IMG/VR virus record: IMGVR_UViG_3300012359_000002
Location: 1 to 64,000 of that record
Strand: one strand, 5' to 3'
Origin: a virus
DNA length: 64,000 nucleotides
Shown: in pieces, positions 37,188 through 47,294 of the stretch
Layout of the letters: every line of letters starts with the position of its first letter
Position numbering within the stretch: the stretch's first letter is position 1
The notes under the pieces: generated by a model
Told to the model about the DNA's origin: nothing
Seen by the model: only the letters and a program-made list of their open reading frames with translations
Databases searched by the model: none
Made by a program: the position numbers and the translations under genes

Positions 37188-38141
37188 TTAGGCGACGGTG
37201 GTGGTGTACGCGGCGAGAGCGTCGCGATCGTGTGTGTCGCGAAGAATTGCGCGAGCGACTGCATCGCGGAAGATCCACCGAATGTGTGGCATCACCTTCG
37301 TGTACTTCGACTCGATCAGCGGGCGAAACGCGGAGAGGATCTCTTTCTGTTTCACGTCACCGGGTGACGTCCCGCGGAGGCGCGACGCCACCTGCTCCAC
37401 GACCTTCTCCATCCACTCCAGCCCGCGAGGCCGGCGGATGGCGAACTCGGAGCCCTCGGGGAAGCCCTGGCGCATCAGCTCGCCGAGGTTCATCGGTGCG
37501 AGCTTGGTGGTGGGCGGGACGAAGCCGTGGCGGTCCTTCTCGACGTAGTCGTCCGAGCCCTCGTGGGCGCTGTAGACCATGTGCCAGTCGGGGTAGCTGT
37601 CCTCCTTCATCACCCGGAGGACCATGTCGCAGCTCTTCGGGAAGTCCTCCGGCATCGTGCCGGGAAGCATCGGACCGCCGCGGACGAAGCCCTTCTTGTC
37701 GTCCGTGTGCGGGCCGCGTTCGTGGCAGTTGATGACGATGTGCATGCCGGCGTCGCGGGCGCCCTGCCGGAACTCCAGCAGCATCTTCCGCACGCCGCCC
37801 CAGAACTGAATCCCACCCTTCGGGAAGTCGGTCTCCACCTGCGAGAACGACGCGTCGCACATGAGCGACCAGTCGTCACAGACGATCGCGGTGAACCGGC
37901 GGGTCTTGCCCTTCGCGACCGTATGCTCGCGGATGATCTGCGTCGCCTCGGGAATTGTCCTGCACTTCGGTGCGTGCGCTGGCTCGTACGGCAATCCGAC
38001 GACGTTGAGCCAGGGCTTCAACGCGCCCGGTTGTGCGATGAAGAGCGCATCGGGGAAGGAGTAGAGGGTGTCGACGGTCTTGCCCCAACCAGACGGGGCG
38101 TACGTCATGATCAATGACGGTTCGTTGAACTGCCCTTGCAT
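37188..38141 (-). CDS. AAA_24/Sak4-like recombination ATPase
   Basis: YAPSGWGKT, IVCDDWS, VINCHE, CDMVLR. Confidence 0.72.
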   Translation of the reverse strand: MQGQFNEPSLIMTYAPSGWGKTVDTLYSFPDALFIAQPGALKPWLNVVGLPYEPAHAPKCRTIPEATQIIREHTVAKGKTRRFTAIVCDDWSLMCDASFSQVETDFPKGGIQFWGGVRKMLLEFRQGARDAGMHIVINCHERGPHTDDKKGFVRGGPMLPGTMPEDFPKSCDMVLRVMKEDSYPDWHMVYSAHEGSDDYVEKDRHGFVPPTTKLAPMNLGELMRQGFPEGSEFAIRRPRGLEWMEKVVEQVASRLRGTSPGDVKQKEILSAFRPLIESKYTKVMPHIRWIFRDAVARAILRDTHDRDALAAYTTTVA

Positions 38142-38183
38142 TCTTTTTCTTCCCTCTCGCAGGTGCGAGCTGCGGTTGTGAGG

Positions 38184-38212
38184 AACCTAAGCCTTCACAC
38201 TTCACACGTCAA
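38184..38212 (-). promoter_or_regulatory. Sigma70-type promoter for the Sak4/SSB/Pol operon
   Basis: TTGACG-N17-TAGGTT on the minus strand. Confidence 0.6.
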
Positions 38213-38283
38213 CAACAACACCCATCTTTTTTCATTGAGCAGATCACAGCTTTTAAAGTCCGCTCAAAAGCGCACGAGCGCCT

Positions 38284-39195
38284 CTACGCCACTTCTTCCC
38301 AAACGTCAGGAAATTCAACAACTCCTTCACCCCAGCGACAAATCTCAAAAGCAGGACACGCGCCATAAGCCGTCATGCACGTCTGTTCGCTCGCGGTCGC
38401 CGGCCACTCCAAGACGTCGCGATCTTCGTCTTCGAGCTGCGCGATGCGCTCCTCGGCGTCGAGCACCAGCGTCGCGAAGCGCGCCTGCAGCCCCGGCGCG
38501 GGATCGATCGGATAGCGCACGAAGCGGCAGTTCGGCGCGGCTTGCAGCACGTTCGCGTTGACGCCACCGAACTCGCGCCCGAAGAGCGTTTGCCCAAGCA
38601 TGCGAAGTGCCAAGAACTGACCGCTGTTGGTGTAGCGCGTCGAGGTCGAGCGGCGCGTGTACGTCACGAACTTGTGATCCAGTACCCATTTGCGTCGGCT
38701 CTGATCTTCGATAATCAGGTCGGGGCGCATGGTGAACTCGACGCGCCGGCCACCGGTCTCGGGGTCGGCGACGGAGGGGTGACGCGGCGGGCGCATGTCG
38801 CGCAGCACCGTCTCGTACGCACGCTCGACTTCGAGGATCTTGAACCCCTCGTCGGCGTGGCCCGAGAGGTACTCGGCGACGGTGATCTGCGCGACCGGCA
38901 GGAGCGACACGGCGAGCGGCCCGAGGCGCGGCGCGGCAATCTCCATGGCTTCGCGCGGCGTGTAGTAGAGGTTCGGGTTGCCCTTCCGCTGCGCCTCGCG
39001 CAGGCGCGCGAAGTGATGCGCGAGGCCGACGTGGCCGATCGAGCCGCGCATGAGGGGCATGGACGCCTGCCCGTCGCGCTTCAACGAGTGGGATCGGTAC
39101 CGCAACGCGTAGAGCTGCGGGCAGCGCAGGAAGGACTCGATCCGGTGCCAGCCTCTCCGTGAAGGCCCAGCGTCGATCAGAATCTTCTCGTTCAC
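38284..39195 (-). CDS. PD-(D/E)XK (RecB/Cas4-like) exonuclease
   Basis: FLRCPQ, GSIGH, RPDLI..VLDHK, QF..L, C-terminal C..YGACPAFEIC. Confidence 0.8.
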   Translation of the reverse strand: MNEKILIDAGPSRRGWHRIESFLRCPQLYALRYRSHSLKRDGQASMPLMRGSIGHVGLAHHFARLREAQRKGNPNLYYTPREAMEIAAPRLGPLAVSLLPVAQITVAEYLSGHADEGFKILEVERAYETVLRDMRPPRHPSVADPETGGRRVEFTMRPDLIIEDQSRRKWVLDHKFVTYTRRSTSTRYTNSGQFLALRMLGQTLFGREFGGVNANVLQAAPNCRFVRYPIDPAPGLQARFATLVLDAEERIAQLEDEDRDVLEWPATASEQTCMTAYGACPAFEICRWGEGVVEFPDVWEEVA

Positions 39196-39883
39196 GGCAC
39201 CACCCTCAACTTTCTGTGCTTCGCGTCGACTTGCGCGTGCGCGGCACTGCAGTACAACGCGGTCGCGATCTTCTTCTTACCGATCGCGTAGTGCGTTCGC
39301 ACCCAGCCGGTCGGCTCGGGTTCGTCGTCACCGCGTTCGACCTGATGACCGCAGACTACGCACGAGAAGACCCGCATAACGGCACCCTAGATCAGACCTC
39401 TGACAAGAGCGCGTGCAGCGCCTCGATCACGACCTCGGTTTCCTGCGCCGCCGCCTCGTAAGCCGCCTCGCGTGCAAGGCGACGCGCGCGGCGCGGCTGG
39501 TCATTCTCCTCGCCGAAGGTCTCGAAGGCACGCGCGGGCGTCTTCCACTGCTTCACCGTCGTCTTCAGGCGTGCCAGCACGTCGAGTTCCAGATCGCCGT
39601 GCAGCTTGTTGAGCTTGGCCTGCGTACTCGCGAACGCGTCGACCAGCCTCGACACGGACGGGTGCGGGCACCAGCCGCACTTCTCGCAGGCGCGCAGGCT
39701 GTGCTCGTAGCCGCACGACGCCGTTGCGCTCCTGACCTCGTTCACCGCCTCCACGACGCGCACCGCCAGCTCGCGGGCCTCGTCGATCGGCCCCACCATG
39801 ACGGCAACCATCTTCCCCTTGCCCTTCGGCCCGTCGTACACGTTTCGACAGACCTGAGTGCCCACTCTCCACTGATCGTTCAT
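39192..39883 (-). CDS. Two hypothetical genes (39192-39377, 39392-39883)
   Basis: Operon-packed ORFs. Confidence 0.5.
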
Positions 39884-40359
39884 GTCGTCTCCTTCGAGGT
39901 TCGTTTTCTGACCGGTGCGATCATCTGCATCTGCGTCACCCCGCGGGCCCGACGCGCCGCGTGAGCTTTGCAGAGCCCGTGCGACGAGACGCGCTCGTCG
40001 CAGTAGGCACACGAGCGTGCGCCACTCGGCTTGCCGCCCTGCGCTTCGAGATCGACGATGTTCGCGAGGTGCACGCGCATCCTGCGCCGGCCCTCCGCGA
40101 GCGTCCGCTTGCCGACCACACGCAGGAGCGCCAGGAGACTCGCGCCGGGGCGCAGGGCCTTCCACGTGAACACGACCAGCCACGCATCGTGGGCGGCGTC
40201 CTGCGCATCGTGTGACGTCGCGCCGTGGCTCATGAGGTAGCAGACGAGCGGCCACGCGTGGCGGGCGTAGAGCGTCGCCCAGGCGGTCCCGTCGTCCCCC
40301 TGGAGGAACGACGCGACCAGCTCGGCGTCCGACAGCGCCAGTGGACTCGGACAGCTCAC
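39880..40359 (-). CDS. Truncated ECF-sigma region-2-like protein fused to a Cys/His motif
   Basis: SDAELVASFLQGD..AWATLYARH..DAQDAAHDAW; C-terminal C..C..HGLCKAH. Confidence 0.55.
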   Translation of the reverse strand: MSCPSPLALSDAELVASFLQGDDGTAWATLYARHAWPLVCYLMSHGATSHDAQDAAHDAWLVVFTWKALRPGASLLALLRVVGKRTLAEGRRRMRVHLANIVDLEAQGGKPSGARSCAYCDERVSSHGLCKAHAARRARGVTQMQMIAPVRKRTSKETT

Positions 40360-40809
40360 CTAAGCGGCGCGCGCGATGGGCGGGAAGAGATCGGCGAGGT
40401 GGGTCAGGAGGCCTTCGAGCGTGAACTCGCAGTGTCCGAGCGTGCGCGTCGGCTGCTGCCAGCCGATTCCGTACACGTTCTGCAGACGCTGCTGCCCCAT
40501 CACTTCGAGAAGCTCCTGCTCCATCCCGCTCGACGGCTTCGGCGTCCACTCCGGCACGAAGAACGCGGCGAAGGCGCTCTTGTCGAGCATCGTCGAGCAG
40601 TAGGCGATTCCGTGCTCGCGCTCGAAGACGTCGTGGTCGTCGAGAAACTGCGGAAAGAGGAGGTGCGGTGCAAAGGGCATCGCGCCAGTCTCCAACGCGA
40701 TCCGCCGGCAGACCGTCTGCGCGAACTTCACGTTGCGATCGACGTCCTCCTTCGTCGTGGCGGCGTACGGAGAGGCGACGAAGGCGATCGGTTTCACTTT
40801 CATGTTCAT
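40360..40809 (-). CDS. DUF4406 / nucleoside-deoxyribosyltransferase-like protein
   Basis: FVASPY, FAPHLLFPQFLDD, SSGMEQE. Confidence 0.65.
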   Translation of the reverse strand: MNMKVKPIAFVASPYAATTKEDVDRNVKFAQTVCRRIALETGAMPFAPHLLFPQFLDDHDVFEREHGIAYCSTMLDKSAFAAFFVPEWTPKPSSGMEQELLEVMGQQRLQNVYGIGWQQPTRTLGHCEFTLEGLLTHLADLFPPIARAA

Positions 40810-40837
40810 TTTCCTTTCAGTGCTTCTTCGAGGTGTG

Positions 40838-41380
40838 TCACGCGGGCCTCCAGACAGAACCGATCGACGCGAAGCCGGCGAACGGGGAGTGAAGCGGGTT
40901 CGTACCGTGAGCGAAGCGCTCGATTTTCATCCCGTAGTAGAGAAAGGAAACTGCGACCTCTTCGCCGGCCGTTCCGTCGGGCTGCGCCATGAAGATCGGC
41001 GTCGCACCTTCGGTGTCGACGAAGCAGACTGCCTTCACAAACGGGAGCACGTGGTCACGCCAGCATTCCGAGCCGGGTGCGGTCGGGATCATGGCGATGA
41101 TCTCGGCACCGTGGTTCGCCTCACCGGCGCACTTTGCGAGCCAGGGCACGAGCGTCTTCGCCTCGGTGAGGTAGTCGTAACCCCACGGCGGATTGACGTA
41201 GACGCGTCCGGTCCAAGGCGTGACGAGCCCGTTGCACTCGGGTCTATAGCACTCACGCGCGGCGCAAACTGTCGAGGCGAGGTTCGGGCATGGGTCGAGA
41301 TCGATCTGCCCTCCGAAGAACTCGCGCACGATCTCGACGAAGCGCGGCGGGGTGCAAAGCAGTGGATTCGAAACGGTCAT
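40838..41380 (-). CDS. Phage Dam-like N6-adenine DNA methyltransferase
   Basis: TPP..IDLDPC..NGL..W..VYVNPPW. Confidence 0.75.
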   Translation of the reverse strand: MTVSNPLLCTPPRFVEIVREFFGGQIDLDPCPNLASTVCAARECYRPECNGLVTPWTGRVYVNPPWGYDYLTEAKTLVPWLAKCAGEANHGAEIIAMIPTAPGSECWRDHVLPFVKAVCFVDTEGATPIFMAQPDGTAGEEVAVSFLYYGMKIERFAHGTNPLHSPFAGFASIGSVWRPA

Positions 41381-42800
41381 GGCTTCCTCTTGAGCTGCAC
41401 GAGCACGCGCCGGTTGTCGCGGCCGAGCTTGCAGTCACCGGAGCGGCAGAAGTCGTCGAAGGCGCGGCGCAGCTTGAAACGGTGCTCTTTCCCGGCGGCC
41501 GAATGTTTCGGCTCGGGAAGGAGCTGTCGGTTCTTGCACTCCTGCAGCGAGATCGTCGCGCCGTTGCCGCCGAGAAACGGGCAGAAGAAACGATCCTGCG
41601 CGTGCTCGGCGAGGAAGAGCGCTACAGCCGAGGGCGGCACACCGGGCACGGCGGGTTCTCGGTCACCGACGACCCGGAGACGAACAGGGTCACGATCGCC
41701 CGCGGGTGCCCCTTCGCGAGCGCCACCGTCTTTGCTTCGTTGAACGTGCGCGCGCATGCGAGTGGGCGATCTCCGGGGTTCAGCGAAGTGTAGACGAGGT
41801 GGTGGATGAAGCTCTTCACGGCGACCTCCGCGCAGCACGGCGGGCTTTCCAGGCGCGGATGTTGTGCGTGATCCGGGCCCATCGCGTCTTCATCCGATCG
41901 CGGAGGTTCGCCCACCGCCCGCGCGGCGTCTGCTTCCCGACGACCATGAACTTCTGCGCGTAGAAGTCGGCGGCGGCGACGGTGTCCTGCACCGCTCGGT
42001 AGAACCTACGCGTGCGCTGGTCGAACACCTGCTGCGCATCGGGGCCCGTCGCGCCAGCGGCGAGTACCGTCAGCATGAGATCGCAGGAGGCGAGGAGCAG
42101 GACGGTCTCCTTGCGGACCTTCGCCATCAGCTCGTGCGCCTCGGAGACGCGCGCCTTCATTTCACGCTCGGCGGGGGTGAGATCCTTCTTCACTGCAGCC
42201 AAATTTCGCTTCATTGTAAGCCTCACTTGAGAAACGAGAGATCAACGTGAACAAGTTCGTACTTGCCGGCACACTGACACAGCGCGTTGCAGTGCTTCGT
42301 GCAGTTGCCACCGTCGCACCGAACGTCACGACGGCAAAACGAGCCGCTCGCGGCGCTGCAGTACGTGTTGGTGCCTTTGAAATCGACAAGGTGGCGCTCA
42401 CGGACGCGGCGGCGGTAAGCGTGAGCGTCGCGCTCGGCTGGCGTTCCGAAGAGCACGCGGAGTAACGCGCTGTAGATGCTCACTCCCACTCCTCGGTGTG
42501 ATCGGCGTGCTTCCCGTCGTGTCCCTTCGCGCGCAAACAGTTGATATGGACGGGGGCGCGCGCCGAGAAGCCTCCGAATTCGATCTTGCCGATCTTGATT
42601 GGTTGTGACGCCGCCGAGCCCTTCGTGATCTGCCGACCGACTGCGAGGCAGAGCCTGTTCTCCTCCGGCTTCCACTCGCCGCACCAGTCGATCGGTTCCT
42701 TTAAAATCTCCTGCGGGAAGCGGAAGCAGAGCATGACATCGCCGAATCTGTCATTCGTCTTGGTGAAGAAGCGACACGTCTGACATTCTTCGATTCTCAT
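41377..42800 (-). CDS. Cluster of small hypothetical genes (incl. 41622-41819, 41816-42226, 42480-42800)
   Basis: Chained overlaps; several are Cys-rich; starts uncertain. Confidence 0.45.
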
Positions 42801-44575
42801 GCTGCGTCTCCCTCTGCAGTTCCGCCGACGATCTTCTCGAAAAGTGAATCCACGATCTCGTCGTCGCTCATCCCGGAGGCCTGGAGGTCGCCGACCGCGC
42901 TCTCGAACGCGGAGTCCTTCTGGAGGTCGGCGACGTCGGGCAGCTTGTCGAGGAGGATCGACTTCATGTGCTCGTCGACCGTCCCCTCGGCGACGGGGTA
43001 GACGATGAGGACGGGGCGCTTCTGCCCGTGACGGGTGAAGCGGCCTTCCCACTGCCACAGCTCACGGGCGTTGATCGGGAGCTGCGCGAAGATCGCGAGG
43101 TCGGTGTCCTGCAACGAGTGCGACTCGCCCCACGCGTTCCCAGTGCCGATCAGGACGCACGGGCCGGGGTGGGCCATGAACGCGTCCTTGATCGCGTCGC
43201 GCTCCTTGATCGCGTGCCCGCCGTGGGCCATCCACACCTGCACGCCGGGGCACCCCTTCGTGATCGCGGTGAGCAGGCGGTCGCAGTCGTTGTGCCGGCC
43301 GGTGAAGACGACGACCTTGCCCTGCGCGCCCTCGCCGGCAACGGCGTCCTTCACGTACTCGACGAGCACGTTGCGCTTGCGGGAGGCGGCCTCGGCAAGG
43401 CGGATTTCGACCAGGGCGCGGCGAGCGCCGATCTTCGATGCCTTCGCCAGCTCCTTCGCGAAGGCGCCGGGCGCGGACTGCTGTGATTTCGTGATGTAGA
43501 GAACCTGCCGGCGGCAGGGCGGAAGCTCGCGGCGCGTCACCGACGAGTCGACGTGGTGACGAACGAAGGCGAGGCGGCGGTCCAGCTCCTCGGTGTTCGA
43601 CTTCCCGCTGTTGTCGAGGTTGCCGTGGTTCGTGAGGGTGACGTCGCAGTAGCGATGGAAGAAGTCCCACGCCTTGCCAAACGATCGCGGGTGCACGAGG
43701 TCGAGCTGAGCCCAGAGGTTGCGGCGGCGGTCGGGGAGCGGCGTGGCGGTTGCGCCCAGTCGGCGGCGGGAATTCGAGCTGAGCCGCGACATGCACGCGG
43801 CGATGTTCGTGAGCTGCCGGAACTCGGGGCGCTCCTGGCCGGTTTCCATCGCGCCGGGGATCTTCGCCCAGCGTTTGTGGTTCTGCCCCTTGTGGATCTC
43901 GTCGATCACGAGCGAGGTAATTGGCGTCGAGAGCAGAACGTCGATGAAGTCAGGGACGGTCTCCCAGCCAACGATGATCGCGCGGGGCGGCGCGCCGGCT
44001 TCCATCGCGGTTGCGATCACCTGCGCCGGATCGGGGTCCTTCTTCTTCCGCTCGGCACTCGGAAACATCATCACCGGCTCGACCGTCGTGTAGCGCTGGA
44101 ACTCGCGCTGCAGCCCGCGGCGGTTCGACGCCTTCGTCACGAGCACGAGCGTGCCAGGTCGGAAGAGACCCCAGGTGATGAACGTCAGGCTCTTTCCCGA
44201 ACCAGTCGGCATGTGAAGGTGCCCGCTCTCGTCGGGGTCGTTCACTAGCTTCACGACGCCGAGCTTCTGGTAGATCGCCATGAAATCAGGCACCCAGTCG
44301 CGAAGCTCACCTTTCGTGGCGGCGACAACGTCGCTCCACTTGATTTTCGTGTGAGCTTTCGGCGGTGTGACCACAAAGGACACGCCTAATGCTTTTAAAG
44401 CGTCCTCAACAATCCACGCGCAATTCAACGACGCGAAGACGAGGTTGCCCTTTGCAAAAGCACCAGGGATTTCAGCGTGGATCGTACCGGTTTCCGTTCG
44501 CGCGCCGAAGAGGCGTGCGCGAACGTCAACAGGCAGATCGAGAGCGAGAGTGAATTTAAAAACGCTGCGTGCCAA
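42797..44575 (-). CDS. SNF2-like SF2 helicase
   Basis: MPTGSGKS, VIDEIH, ATATP, QWEGRFTRHGQ, GTVDE. Confidence 0.85.
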   Translation of the reverse strand: MARSVFKFTLALDLPVDVRARLFGARTETGTIHAEIPGAFAKGNLVFASLNCAWIVEDALKALGVSFVVTPPKAHTKIKWSDVVAATKGELRDWVPDFMAIYQKLGVVKLVNDPDESGHLHMPTGSGKSLTFITWGLFRPGTLVLVTKASNRRGLQREFQRYTTVEPVMMFPSAERKKKDPDPAQVIATAMEAGAPPRAIIVGWETVPDFIDVLLSTPITSLVIDEIHKGQNHKRWAKIPGAMETGQERPEFRQLTNIAACMSRLSSNSRRRLGATATPLPDRRRNLWAQLDLVHPRSFGKAWDFFHRYCDVTLTNHGNLDNSGKSNTEELDRRLAFVRHHVDSSVTRRELPPCRRQVLYITKSQQSAPGAFAKELAKASKIGARRALVEIRLAEAASRKRNVLVEYVKDAVAGEGAQGKVVVFTGRHNDCDRLLTAITKGCPGVQVWMAHGGHAIKERDAIKDAFMAHPGPCVLIGTGNAWGESHSLQDTDLAIFAQLPINARELWQWEGRFTRHGQKRPVLIVYPVAEGTVDEHMKSILLDKLPDVADLQKDSAFESAVGDLQASGMSDDEIVDSLFEKIVGGTAEGDAA

Positions 44576-44656
44576 GGTCTTCCCTCCGTGGCGTTGCGAG
44601 GAAGGTGCCCTGAAGGACCGGTGAAGTCAACTTGACTTGTTGGGGTGTGAAGCGGA

Positions 44657-46039
44657 ATGTCTGGCGTTCGCCGGCCGCACCCGGCGCGTTCTAACTGCTG
44701 TGAGAGGGAGCCGAGGTTGATCACCGAGGCAGACGCACGCGCAGCGCTTCCACCATCAGGTTTCTTGCGAGACTACGTCGACTACGCGTCGAGTTGCACT
44801 GACGCGAACCTCGCGTTTCACATCGCTGGTGGCTTGATTTGCCTTTCGCAGACGATGCCCGAAACGCTCGGGATCCCACTCGGTGGCATTCCTCTTTACG
44901 CCAATCTCTTCGCGCTTTGCGTCGGCCCCAGCACGCGATCGCGTAAGTCTGCTGCCGTCGGCACCGCAGAGAACATGCTGAAGCGCTCGGAGGTCGCAGC
45001 CATCCCCGAGACGCCTGGATCGGCGGAGGGCATGCTGGAGTCGATTCGCACGCAGGAGCGCATCCTCTTCACGTACGATGAGTTCGGCGCGTTCCTTGCG
45101 CAGACGGAGAAGGGCTACGCGAATCAGATCAAGACGCTCCTGACGCACGCGTACGACAACAAGCCGCTCGGTCGGGCTCTCGCCAACAAGCAACGCGGCG
45201 CGATCGAGAATCCTCGCGTCAGCGTCTTCGGCGGCTCGACGGTCTCGTTCCTCGAACGACATACCGAGCCGGCAGACTGGATCGGCGGGTTCCTCGCCCG
45301 CTTCCTCACCTTCTACACCGACCGCGAGCGCACGAACGAGCTGCAGCCGCCCGACGGCGTTGGCGGCGAGAAGGTGGTGATGAAGCTGCAGACGCTGGCC
45401 GGGCTCGACACGTTCGCCGGCCCCTGCAGTGGTTTCACACCTGCTGCCCGATCGCTATGGGTGAAGTGGTACCACGAGAGCGAGAAGCGGGCGGACGACA
45501 GCACACACGAGACGGTGGCCGCGATCTACCGTGCCCACGCGATGGCCCAGAAGATCGCGCTCATGCTCTCCTGGGACCGCGGCGAGGCAAGGACTGGGCT
45601 GGAGTGGAAGATCAACGATGAGGAGCTGACGTACGCGATCGGCATCGTGAACATGCACATTGAGAGCGTGATCGAGATCGGTCACAAGCTCGCCAGCACG
45701 AAAGATCTACGCGATCGCAACTCGGTGCTGGAGTGTATCAACGGTGTACCGATGACCGAAGGCAAGATCATCACAAGAAGTAAGGTCGGGTTGAAACGGC
45801 GCGTTCGTGAGATTCTCGACACACTCGAAACGGAAGAGCTGATCCGTCGCGTATCGTCACAGGACGGGCACACCAGTTTGTACATGCGCGTGCAAGAACG
45901 TAACGGCAACTCCGGCAACGTGGTGCAGCTCTTCAACAACACCGCCAACGGTTACGACCCCGACGGCGCGTTCTTAGAAAGCGTCGATGATGTTGTGGTT
46001 GGCATCACCGACGCTTCTAGTTCTATCGACCTCGAATAA
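44657..46039 (+). CDS. DUF3987/YfjI-like replication ATPase (primase-helicase associated)
   Basis: YANLFALCVGPSTRSRKS, SAEG, DEFG, GGFLARF. Confidence 0.72.
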   Translation: MSGVRRPHPARSNCCEREPRLITEADARAALPPSGFLRDYVDYASSCTDANLAFHIAGGLICLSQTMPETLGIPLGGIPLYANLFALCVGPSTRSRKSAAVGTAENMLKRSEVAAIPETPGSAEGMLESIRTQERILFTYDEFGAFLAQTEKGYANQIKTLLTHAYDNKPLGRALANKQRGAIENPRVSVFGGSTVSFLERHTEPADWIGGFLARFLTFYTDRERTNELQPPDGVGGEKVVMKLQTLAGLDTFAGPCSGFTPAARSLWVKWYHESEKRADDSTHETVAAIYRAHAMAQKIALMLSWDRGEARTGLEWKINDEELTYAIGIVNMHIESVIEIGHKLASTKDLRDRNSVLECINGVPMTEGKIITRSKVGLKRRVREILDTLETEELIRRVSSQDGHTSLYMRVQERNGNSGNVVQLFNNTANGYDPDGAFLESVDDVVVGITDASSSIDLE

Positions 46040-46859
46040 CTTCGTCACGCTTGTCCCACCACACGTTAATCCGCGCCTTGTCTTCGCGTTCTTCGTTGGT
46101 GAGATCTGGTGTGTTTGACGTGAGCAGGCGCCCGTAGTAGTCGATCGCCTTTTCGATGTCCGACGTATCAATCGTTGTGACGTATACCGCGATCTTCTCG
46201 CGCCACAAAAGTTCTTCGAGGGCGACGCTGTCGTGCTTCTGGTTCAGGATCATCCAGAGCGCGGTCTTCTTCCGCTTCTCGTCGCTGCCCGGGTAGACGG
46301 GGATGAATAGCGCACCGTCGATCAACCTGCGACCGCCAGGATACGCCCAGTCGCGCACCTTCTTGAGCGCGGGCACGTCGGTGGGCGCCGTCCACCCAAC
46401 CATGCGCAGACTTCCGTCGAGCACACGCCAGCGCCCGTCGATCTTCTTCCATGTGAAGTCGATCATGTCCGCGACGTTGTAGTTCCGCGCGTTCGACCTC
46501 TTGCCGCGTTCGTCGTACGGGTTGAAGGCGCGAATCAGCCGGCGGAGCGCTTCGACGAGAGGTGCAACCTTGACCTGGCCGAGCCCCAACTGCGGGAGGT
46601 CATCGGTCGCACCAGCGTACGCCAGGAAGAGACGCCACGCCTTCTGCAGGCGATTCTGCGCGTTGTTCGAGAGGCTCTGGTAGTGGTCGAGGACGCGCTC
46701 GAAGTTGCGCCACTGCGGCACACCCTTCGTGTCCTCAACAGCCACAAGCAAAACGCGGATCGATGACACGTACTGACTGCTGCTCTTCGTGTAGGGCACC
46801 GAGTGCTTGAACGCCTCAAGTGGGTATCTGGCGGCATTGTTGTGGAACGGTTTTCGCAT
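46023..46859 (-). CDS. Hypothetical protein
   Basis: 278-aa ORF, GGAGG RBS. Confidence 0.65.
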   Translation of the reverse strand: MRKPFHNNAARYPLEAFKHSVPYTKSSSQYVSSIRVLLVAVEDTKGVPQWRNFERVLDHYQSLSNNAQNRLQKAWRLFLAYAGATDDLPQLGLGQVKVAPLVEALRRLIRAFNPYDERGKRSNARNYNVADMIDFTWKKIDGRWRVLDGSLRMVGWTAPTDVPALKKVRDWAYPGGRRLIDGALFIPVYPGSDEKRKKTALWMILNQKHDSVALEELLWREKIAVYVTTIDTSDIEKAIDYYGRLLTSNTPDLTNEEREDKARINVWWDKRDEVIRGR

Positions 46860-47294
46860 GGGCTGTTTCCTCCTGTTTAGGTGTGTATCGTAGCTGGCTA
46901 ACCTATCTGAGGCAAGATGGCTGGCGGGCGAAAATGACCGTTAAGGGTTGTTTTGGGCCGGGGGGAGGGGGGAGGAGGGCCTCCCGCGTACGCGAATAAT
47001 CCGTTAGCCAGGACATATACCTATACACGCTAGAGCCTAACTATACTACCTGGCTAATGGATTATTCATGTAAGGAGGTTCTTAATACCTTGCACGGTCG
47101 ATCCACGATTAGGATCCTAATCGTGACCACGTACCGGTGTCGGATCCGCAGATGCACGTCTCGACCTCAGTACGTAGGCAACGTGCCCTCAATACGTAGG
47201 CAAGTGATTTTAAAGAACGCTCACACGCCCTTTTCCGGGCGTTCGCCTAAGACGAGCTTGACGCGCGCGATTCCGCCTCTCTAGGGTCCGCACC
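46860..47294. promoter_or_regulatory. AT-rich, palindrome-rich control region (candidate origin or terminus) at the early/late divergence
   Basis: 19-bp IR (46994-47012 / 47049-47067), 22-bp perfect palindrome (47104-47125), direct repeat TACGTAGGCAA x2, G-tract. Confidence 0.65.
47258..47287 (+). promoter_or_regulatory. Sigma70-type promoter, probably giving a leaderless mRNA
   Basis: TTGACG-N18-TAGGGT, 7 nt before the ATG at 47295. Confidence 0.5.

Noticed and set aside
38284-39195. Cas4-like nuclease as a spacer-acquisition factor for the arrays
   Set aside because: It lies 23 kb away in a standard exonuclease-Sak4-SSB recombination module; nothing links it to the arrays.
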